This document shows, piece by piece, positions 53,401 through 64,000 of a stretch of 64,000 nucleotides of DNA. Under the pieces are notes generated by a model. That model saw only the letters and a list, made by a program, of their open reading frames with translations. It was not told the DNA's origin and ran no database searches. This DNA is from Utricularia gibba (taxonomy: Eukaryota > Plantae > Magnoliophyta): NCBI GenBank assembly GCA_002189035.1, contig NEEC01000034.1:1-64000 (forward strand). Direction: 5' to 3'. A program made the translations under genes and the position numbers. Position 1 is the first letter of the stretch; each line of letters opens with the position of its first letter.

Positions 53401-56400
53401 CTTCTCGTTCTCGACATTGATGCAAATGGGATACACGGCAAAAGAATCAAATAGCCACTAGAGACATGGTGTATGGGAATGGTGCATCAAGAATCAGAAG
53501 TATCATAGCAACTAATTGAATCAATCAACAGCCAAAACATATGGTGTCAAACTTCATCGGATATGCGATCAAGATGGAAAAAAGTCACATGTTACATCAT
53601 GAATTTCGTGGCATCACTTATCCCAACACTGTTGTATACTCAGGATATGCGTAAATATTTATTTTTAACAAATCCGGTGCACGTGTGATTTTTCGGCTGC
53701 ATCCCGAATGGTGATGCGCAATGAAATGACTATGTCGCACATCCTGGTCCACGAAGCACCTCTTCGAAACATGTAGAGCCTTACTCTTCATAGCACACCA
53801 TTGGGAAGCTTTATTCGTGCTCCAAGTAATATCATATGGAGTTACGTTTTTCCGATAACTGTGGACATATTAAAAACAACCTCAACGAAAAGTGTCTTCC
53901 GTGTCCTTCCTTGGTGGCTGCGTCTAAGAATGTGCTTCTCGTTCTCGACATTGATGCAAATGGGATACACGGCAAAAGAATCAAATAGCCACTAGAGACA
54001 TGGTGTATGGGAATGGTGCATCAAGAATCAGAAGTATCATAGCAACTAATTGAATCAATCAACAGCCAAAACATATGGTGTCAAACTTCATCGGATATGC
54101 GATCAAGATGGAAAAAAGTCACATGTTACATCATGAATTTCGTGGCATCACTTATCCCAACACTGTTGTATACTCAGGATATGCGTAAATATTTATTTTT
54201 AACAAATCCGGTGCACGTGTGATTTTTCGGCTGCATCCCGAATGGTGATGCGCAATGAAATGACTATGTCGCACATCCTGGTCCACGAAGCACCTCTTCG
54301 AAAACATGTAGAGCCTTACTCTTCATAGCACACCATTGGGAAGCTTTATTCGTGCTCCAAGTAATATCATATGGAGTTACGTTTTTCCGATAACTGTGGA
54401 CATATTAAAAACAACCTCAACGAAAAGTGTCTTCGTGTCCTTCCTTGGTGGCTGCGTCTAAGAATGTGCTTCTCGTTCTCGACATTGATGCAAATGGGAT
54501 ACACGGCAAAAGAATCAAATAGCCACTAGAGACATGGTGTATGGGAATGGTGCATCAAGAATCAGAAGTATCATAGCAACTAATTGAATCAATCAACAGC
54601 CAAAACATATGGTGTCAAACTTCATCGGATATGCGATCAAGATGGAAAAAAGTCACATGTTACATCATGAATTTCGTGGCATCACTTATCCCACTGTTGT
54701 ATACTCACGTGTGCACGTGTGATTTTTCGGCTGCATCCCGAATGGTGATGCGCAATGAAATGACTATGTCGCACATCCTGGTCCACGAAGCACCTCTTCG
54801 ATGTAGAGCCTTACTCTTCATAGCACACCATTGGGAAGCAAGTATCGGATAACTGTGGACATAGTGTCACTTCTCGTTCTCGACATTGATGCTACACGGC
54901 AAAAGAATCAAATAGCCACTAGAGACATGGTGTATGGGAATGGTGCATCAAGAATCAGAAGTATCATAGCAACTAATTGAATCAATCAACAGCCAAAACA
55001 TATGGTGTCAAACTTCATCGGATATGCGATCAAGATGGAAAAAAGTCACATGTTACATCATGAATTTCGTGGCATCACTTATCCCAACACTGTTGTATAC
55101 TCAGGATATGCGTAAATATTTATTTTTAACAAATCCGGTGCACGTGTGATTTTTCGGCTGCATCCCGAATGGTGATGCGCAATGAAATGACTATGTCGCA
55201 CATCCTGGTCCACGAAGCACCTCTTCGAAAACATGTAGAGCCTTACTCTTCATAGCACACCATTGGGAAGCTTTATTCGTGCTCCAAGTAATATCATATG
55301 GAGTTACGTTTTTCCGATAACTGTGGACATATTAAAAACAACCTCAACGAAAAGTGTCTTCCGTGTCCTTCCTTGGTGGCTGCGTTAAAATGTGCTTCTC
55401 GTTCTCGACATTGATGCAAATGGGATACACGGCAAAAGAATCAAATAGCCACTAGAGACATGGTGTATGGGAATGGTGCATCAAGAATCAGAAGTATCAT
55501 AGCAACTAATTGAATCAATCAACAGCCAAAACATATGGTGTCAAACTTCATCGGATATGCGATCAAGATGGAAAAAAGTCACATGTTACATCATGAATTT
55601 CGTGGCATCACTTATCCCAACACTGTTGTATACTCAGGATATGCGTAAATATTTATTTTTAACAAATCCGGTGCACGTGTGATTTTTCGGCTGCATCCCG
55701 AATGGTGATGCGCAATGAAATGACTATGTCGCACATCCTGGTCCACGAAGCACCTCTTCGAAAACATGTAGAGCCTTACTCTTCATAGCACACCATTGGG
55801 AAGCTTTATTCGTGCTCCAAGTAATATCATATGGAGTTACGTTTTTCCGATAACTGTGGACATATTAAAAACAACCTCAACGAAAAGTGTCTTCCGTGTC
55901 CTTCCTTGGTGGCTGCGTCTAAGAATGTGCTTCTCGTTCTCGACATTGATGCAAATGGGATACACGGCAAAAGAATCAAATAGCCACTAGAGACATGGTG
56001 TATGGGAATGGTGCATCAAGAATCAGAAGTATCATAGCAACTAATTGAATCAATCAACAGCCAAAACATATGGTGTCAAACTTCATCGGATATGCGATCA
56101 AGATGGAAAAAAGTCACATGTTACATCATGAATTTCGTGGCATCACTTATCCCAACACTGTTGTATACTCAGGATATGCGTAAATATTTATTTTTAACAA
56201 ATCCGGTGCACGTGTGATTTTTCGGCTGCATCCCGAATGGTGATGCGCAATGAAATGACTATGTCGCACATCCTGGTCCACGAAGCACCTCTTCGAAAAC
56301 ATGTAGAGCCTTACTCTTCATAGCACACCATTGGGAAGCTTTATTCGTGCTCCAAGTAATATCATATGGAGTTACGTTTTTCCGATAACTGTGGACATAT

Positions 56401-59400
56401 TAAAAACAACCTCAACGAAAAGTGTCTTCCCTTCCTTGGTGGCTGCGTCTAATAATGTGCTTCTCGTTCTCGACATTGATGCAAATGGGATACACGGCAA
56501 AAGAATCAAATAGCCACTAGAGACATGGTGTATGGGAATGGTGCATCAAGAATCAGAAGTATCATAGCAACTAATTGAATCAATCAACAGCCAAAACATA
56601 TGGTGTCAAACTTCATCGGATATGCGATCAAGATGGAAAAAAGTCACATGTTACATCATGAATTTCGTGGCATCACTTATCCCAACACTGTTGTATACTC
56701 AGGATATGCGTAAATATTTATTTTTAACAAATCCGGTGCACGTGTGATTTTTCGGCTGCATCCCGAATGGTGATGCGCAATGAAATGACTATGTCGCACA
56801 TCCTGGTCCACGAAGCACCTCTTCGAAACATGTAGAGCCTTACTCTTCATAGCACACCATTGGGAAGCTTTATTCGTGCTCCAAGTAATATCATATGGAG
56901 TTACGTTTTTCCGATAACTGTGGACATATTAAAAACAACGTCTTCCGTGTCCTTCCTTGGTGGCTGCGTCTAAGAATGTGCTTCTCGTTCTCGACATTGA
57001 TGCAAATGGGATACACGGCAAAAGAATCAAATAGCCACTAGAGACATGGTGTATGGGAATGGTGCATCAAGAATCAGAAGTATCATAGCAACTAATTGAA
57101 TCAATCAACAGCCAAAACATATGGTGTCAAACTTCATCGGATATGCGATCAAGATGGAAAAAAGTCACATGTTACATCATGAATTTCGTGGCATCACTTA
57201 TCCCAACACTGTTGTATACTCAGGATATGCGTAAATATTTATTTTTAACAAATCCGGTGCACGTGTGATTTTTCGGCTGCATCCCGAATGGTGATGCGCA
57301 ATGAAATGACTATGTCGCACATCCTGGTCCACGAAGCACCTCTTCGAAACATGTAGAGCCTTACTCTTCATAGCACACCATTGGGAAGCTTTATTCGTGC
57401 TCAAGTAATATCATATGGAGTTACGTTTTCCGATAACTGTGGACATATTAAAAACAACCTCAACGAAAAGTGTCTTCCGTGTCCTTCCTTGGTGGCTGCG
57501 TCTAAGAATGTGCTTCTCGTTCTCGACATTGATGCAAATGGGATACACGGCAAAAGAATCAAATAGCCACTAGAGACATGGTGTATGGGAATGGTGCATC
57601 AAGAATCAGAAGTATCATAGCAACTAATTGAATCAATCAACAGCCAAAACATATGGTGTCAAACTTCATCGGATATGCGATCAAGATGGAAAAAAGTCAC
57701 ATGTTACATCATGAATTTCGTGGCATCACTTATCCCAACACTGTTGTATACTCAGGATATGCGTAAATATTTATTTTTAACAAATCCGGTGCACGTGTGA
57801 TTTTTCGGCTGCATCCCGAATGGTGATGCGCAATGAAATGACTATGTCGCACATCCTGGTCCACGAAGCACCTCTTCGAAAACATGTAGAGCCTTGGGGA
57901 AGCTTTATTCGTGCTCCAAGTAATATCATATGGAGTTACGTTTTCCGATAACTGTGGACATATTAAAAACAACCTCAACGAAAAGTGTCTTCCGTGTCCT
58001 TCCTTGGTGGCTGCGTCTAAGAATGTGCTTCTCGTTCTCGACATTGATGCAAATGGGATACACGGCAAAAGAATCAAATAGCCACTAGAGACATGGTGTA
58101 TGGGAATGGTGCATCAAGAATCAGAAGTATCATAGCAACTAATTGAATCAATCAACAGCCAAAACATATGGTGTCAAACTTCATCGGATATGCGATCAAG
58201 ATGGAAAAAAGTCACATGTTACATCATGAATTTCGTGGCATCACTTATCCCAACACTGTTGTATACTCAGGATATGCGTAAATATTTATTTTTAACAAAT
58301 CCGGTGCACGTGTGATTTTTCGGCTGCATCCCGAATGGTGATGCGCAATGAAATGACTATGTCGCACATCCTGGTCCACGAAGCACCTCTTCGAAAACAT
58401 GTAGAGCCTTACTCTTCATAGCACACCATTGGGAAGCTTTATTCGTGCTCCAAGTAATATCATATGGAGTTACGTTTTTCCGATAACTGTGGACATATTA
58501 AAAACAACCTCAACGAAAAGTGTCTTCCGTGTCCTTCCTTGGTGGCTGCGTCTAAGAATGTGCTTCTCGTTCTCGACATTGATGCAAATGGGATACACGG
58601 CAAAAGAATCAAATAGCCACTAGAGACATGGTGTATGGGAATGGTGCATCAAGAATCAGAAGTATCATAGCAACTAATTGAATCAATCAACAGCCAAAAC
58701 ATATGGTGTCAAACTTCATCGGATATGCGATCAAGATGGAAAAAAGTCACATGTTACATCATGAATTTCGTGGCATCACTTATCCCAACACTGTTGTATA
58801 CTCAGGATATGCGTAAATATTTATTTTTAACAAATCCGGTGCACGTGTGATTTTTCGGCTGCATCCCGAATGGTGATGCGCAATGAAATGACTATGTCGC
58901 ACATCCTGGTCCACGAAGCACCTCTTCGAAAACATGTAGAGCCTTACTCTTCATAGCACACCATTGGGAAGCTTTATTCGTGCTCCAAGTAATATCATAT
59001 GGAGTTACGTTTTTCCGATAACTGTGGACATATTAAAAACAACCTCAACGAAAAGTGTCTTCCGTGTCCTTCCTTGGTGGCTGCGTCTAAGAATGTGCTT
59101 CTCGTTCTCGACATTGATGCAAATGGGATACACGGCAAAAGAATCAAATAGCCACTAGAGACATGGTGTATGGGAATGGTGCATCAAGAATCAGAAGTAT
59201 CATAGCAACTAATTGAATCAATCAACAGCCAAAACATATGGTGTCAAACTTCATCGGATATGCGATCAAGATGGAAAAAAGTCACATGTTACATCATGAA
59301 TTTCGTGGCATCACTTATCCCAACACTGTTGTATACTCAGGATATGCGTAAATATTTATTTTTAACAAATCCGGTGCACGTGTGATTTTTCGGCTGCATC

Positions 59401-62400
59401 CCGAATGGTGATGCGCAATGAAATGACTATGTCGCACATCCTGGTCCACGAAGCACCTCTTCGAAAACATGTAGAGCCTTACTCTTCATAGCACACCATT
59501 GGGAAGCTTTATTCGTGCTCCAAGTAATATCATATGGAGTTACGTTTTTCCGATAACTGTGGACATATTAAAAACAACCTCAACGAAAAGTGTCTTCCGT
59601 GTCCTTCCTTGGTGGCTGCGTCTAAGAATGTGCTTCTCGTTCTCGACATTGATGCAAATGGGATACACGGCAAAAGAATCAAATAGCCACTAGAGACATG
59701 GTGTATGGGAATGGTGCATCAAGAATCAGAAGTATCATAGCAACTAATTGAATCAATCAACAGCCAAAACATATGGTGTCAAACTTCATCGGATATGCGA
59801 TCAAGATGGAAAAAAGTCACATGTTACATCATGAATTTCGTGGCATCACTTATCCCAACACTGTTGTATACTCAGGATATGCGTAAATATTTATTTTTAA
59901 CAAATCCGGTGCACGTGTGATTTTTCGGCTGCATCCCGAATGGTGATGCGCAATGAAATGACTATGTCGCACATCCTGGTCCACGAAGCACCTCTTCGAA
60001 AACATGTAGAGCCTTACTCTTCATAGCACACCATTGGGAAGCTTTATTCGTGCTCCAAGTAATATCATATGGAGTTACGTTTTTCCGATAACTGTGGACA
60101 TATTAAAAACAACCTCAACGAAAAGTGTCTTCCGTGTCCTTCCTTGGTGGCTGCGTCTAAGAATGTGCTTCTCGTTCTCGACATTGATGCAAATGGGATA
60201 CACGGCAAAAGAATCAAATAGCCACTAGAGACATGGTGTATGGGAATGGTGCATCAAGAATCAGAAGTATCATAGCAACTAATTGAATCAATCAACAGCC
60301 AAAACATATGGTGTCAAACTTCATCGGATATGCGATCAAGATGGAAAAAAGTCACATGTTACATCATGAATTTCGTGGCATCACTTATCCCAACACTGTT
60401 GTATACTCAGGATATGCGTAAATATTTATTTTTAACAAATCCGGTGCACGTGTGATTTTTCGGCTGCATCCCGAATGGTGATGCGCAATGAAATGACTAT
60501 GTCGCACATCCTGGTCCACGAAGCACCTCTTCGAAAACATGTAGAGCCTTACTCTTCATAGCACACCATTGGGAAGCTTTATTCGTGCTCCAAGTAATAT
60601 CATATGGAGTTACGTTTTTCCGATAACTGTGGACATATTAAAAACAACCTCAACGAAAAGTGTCTTCCGTGTCCTTCCTTGGTGGCTGCGTCTAAGAATG
60701 TGCTTCTCGTTCTCGACATTGATGCAAATGGGATACACGGCAAAAGAATCAAATAGCCACTAGAGACATGGTGTATGGGAATGGTGCATCAAGAATCAGA
60801 AGTATCATAGCAACTAATTGAATCAATCAACAGCCAAAACATATGGTGTCAAACTTCATCGATATGCGATCAAGATGGAAAAAAGTCACATGTTACATCA
60901 TGAATTTCGTGGCATCACTTATCCCAACACTGTTGTATACTCAGGATATGCGTAAATATTTATTTTTAACAAATCCGGTGCACGTGTGATTTTTCGGCTG
61001 CAAATGGTGATGCGCAATGAAATGACTATGTCGCACATCCTGGTCCACGAAGCACCTCTTCGATGTAGAGCCTTACTCTTCATAGCACACCATTGGGAAG
61101 CTTTATTCGTGCTCCAAGTAATATCATATGGAGTTACATAACTGTGGAGAAAAGTGATGCAAATGGGATACACGGCAAAAGAATCAAATAGCCACTAGAG
61201 ACATGGTGTATGGGAATGGTGCATCAAGAATCAGAAGTATCATAGCAACTAATTGAATCAATCAACAGCCAAAACATATGGTGTCAAACTTCATCGGATA
61301 TGCGATCAAGATGGAAAAAAGTCACATGTTACATCATGAATTTCGTGGCATCACTTATCCCAACACTGTTGTATACTCAGGATATGCGTAAATATTTATT
61401 TTTAACAAATCCGGTGCACGTGTGATTTTTCGGCTGCATCCCGAATGGTGATGCGCAATGAAATGACTATGTCGCACATCCTGGTCCACGAAGCACCTCT
61501 TCGAAAACATGTAGAGCCTTACTCTTCATAGCACACCATTGGGAAGCTTTATTCGTGCTCCAAGTAATATCATATGGAGTTACGTTTTTCCGATAACTGT
61601 GGACATATTAAAAACAACCTCAACGAAAAGTGTCTTCCGTGTCCTTCCTTGGTGGCTGCGTCTAAGAATGTGCTTCTCGTTCTCGACATTGATGCAAATG
61701 GGATACACGGCAAAAGAATCAAATAGCCACTAGAGACATGGTGTATGGGAATGGTGCATCAAGAATCAGAAGTATCATAGCAACTAATTGAATCAATCAA
61801 CAGCCAAAACATATGGTGTCAAACTTCATCGGATATGCGATCAAGATGGAAAAAAGTCACATGTTACATCATGAATTTCGTGGCATCACTTATCCCAACA
61901 CTGTTGTATACTCAGGATATGCGTAAATATTTATTTTTAACAAATCCGGTGCACGTGTGATTTTTCGGCTGCATCCCGAATGGTGATGCGCAATGAAATG
62001 ACTATGTCGCACATCCTGGTCCACGAAGCACCTCTTCGAAAACATGTAGAGCCTTACTCTTCATAGCACACCATTGGGAAGCTTTATTCGTGCTCCAAGT
62101 AATATCATATGGAGTTACGTTTTTCCGATAACTGTGGACATATTAAAAACAACCTCAACGAAAAGTGTCTTCCGTGTCCTTCCTTGGTGGCTGCGTCTAA
62201 GAATGTGCTTCTCGTTCTCGACATTGATGCAAATGGGATACACGGCAAAAGAATCAAATAGCCACTAGAGACATGGTGTATGGGAATGGTGCATCAAGAA
62301 TCAGAAGTATCATAGCAACTAATTGAATCAATCAACAGCCAAAACATATGGTGTCAAACTTCATCGGATATGCGATCAAGATGGAAAAAAGTCACATGTT

Positions 62401-64000
62401 ACATCATGAATTTCGTGGCATCACTTATCCCAACACTGTTGTATACTCAGGATATGCGTAAATATTTATTTTTAACAAATCCGGTGCACGTGTGATTTTT
62501 CGGCTGCATCCCGAATGGTGATGCGCAATGAAATGACTATGTCGCACATCCTGGTCCACGAAGCACCTCTTCGAAAACATGTAGAGCCTTACTCTTCATA
62601 GCACACCATTGGGAAGCTTTATTCGTGCTCCAAGTAATATCATATGGAGTTACGTTTTCCGATAACTGTGGACATATTAAAAACAACCTCAACGAAAAGT
62701 GTCTTCCGTGTCCTTCCTTGGTGGCTGCGTCTAAGAATGTGCTTCTCGTTCTCGACATTGATGCAAATGGGATACACGGCAAAAGAATCAAATAGCCACT
62801 AGAGACATGGTGTATGGGAATGGTGCATCAAGAATCAGAAGTATCATAGCAACTAATTGAATCAATCAACAGCCAAAACATATGGTGTCAAACTTCATCG
62901 GATATGCGATCAAGATGGAAAAAAGTCACATGTTACATCATGAATTTCGTGGCATCACTTATCCCAACACTGTTGTATACTCAGGATATGCGTAAATATT
63001 TATTTTTAACAAATCCGGTGCACGTGTGATTTTTCGGCTGCATCCCGAATGGTGATGCGCAATGAAATGACTATGTCGCACATCCTGGTCCACGAAGCAC
63101 CTCTTCGAAACATGTAGAGCCTTACTCTTCATAGCACACCATTGGGAAGCTTTATTCGTGCTCCAAGTAATATCATATGGAGTTACGTTTTTCCGATAAC
63201 TGTGGACATATTAAAAACAACCTCAACGAAAAGTGTCTTCCGTGTCCTTCCTTGGTGGCTGCGTCTAAGAATGTGCTTCTCGTTCTCGACATTGATGCAA
63301 ATGGGATACACGGCAAAAGAATCAAATAGCCACTAGAGACATGGTGTATGGGAATGGTGCATCAAGAATCAGAAGTATCATAGCAACTAATTGAATCAAT
63401 CAACAGCCAAAACATATGGTGTCAAACTTCATCGGATATGCGATCAAGATGGAAAAAAGTCACATGTTACATCATGAATTTCGTGGCATCACTTATCCCA
63501 ACACTGTTGTATACTCAGGATATGCGTAAATATTTATTTTTAACAAATCCGGTGCACGTGTGATTTTTCGGCTGCATCCCGAATGGTGATGCGCAATGAA
63601 ATGACTATGTCGCACATCCTGGTCCACGAAGCACCTCTTCGAAAATGTAGAGCCTTACTCTTCATAGCACACCATTGGGAAGCTTTATTCGTGCTCCAAG
63701 TAATATCATATGGAGTTACGTTTTTCCGATAACTGTGGACATATTAAAAACAACCTCAACGAAAAGTGTCTTCCGTGTCCTTCCTTGGTGGCTGCGTCTA
63801 AGAGATGCCTCGTTCTCAAGACAGAAATGTGTCAATTCCGTGTCCAACTTCAAAATATTGATGCAAATGGGATACACGGCAAAAGAATCAAATAGCCACT
63901 AGAGACATGGTGTATGGGAATGGTGCATCAAGAATCAGAAGTATCATAGCAACTAATTGAATCAATCAACAGCCAAAACATATGGTGTCAAACTTCATCG

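Larger units (their letters stand above)
1..64000. repeat. Tandem array (satellite-like) of a 535-bp monomer, about 120 head-to-tail copies, running off both window ends
   Basis: The same sequence recurs with period 535 (534/533 where homopolymers shrink). For example, the repeat ORF starts at 42438, 42973, 43508 ... 47253 in exact 535-bp steps. There is no inversion and no unique spacer anywhere. Confidence 0.99.

Noticed and set aside
1-64000. DRT2-type concatemeric cDNA encoding a never-ending ORF (Neo)
   Set aside because: The unit length of 535 is not a multiple of 3, all six frames contain stops, no junction-formed sigma70 promoter is evident, and no reverse transcriptase gene is in the window.
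1-64000. CRISPR array
   Set aside because: There are no unique spacers, the entire 535-bp unit repeats, and no cas genes are present.

Overview
The whole window is one head-to-tail tandem array of a 535-bp monomer: about 120 copies, about 41% GC (219/535 by hand count), one HindIII site per unit, all on the same strand, with no flanking unique DNA. I find no credible protein-coding gene. The many 60-120 aa ORFs are shadows of the repeat, and every frame of the monomer contains stops. Most copies look identical apart from single-base homopolymer changes, and about 15 scattered patches of deletions or garbled sequence resemble long-read (nanopore-type) noise. The most informative signal is on the minus strand. 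Each monomer carries a 121-nt segment colinear with plant-type 5S rRNA (GGATGC...TGCACCGGAT...box A-like...box C-like GGATAAGTGAT...CAT), followed immediately by TTTTTT, with about 54% identity to the 5S sequence as I recall it, transition-biased mismatches and broken helices. A second, partial 5S 5'-end relic lies 191 bp further along. Best interpretation (inference): a recently amplified, strongly homogenised satellite derived from degenerate 5S rDNA, probably from a plant-like eukaryote. A rolling-circle concatemer of a 535-bp circle cannot be excluded from sequence alone.
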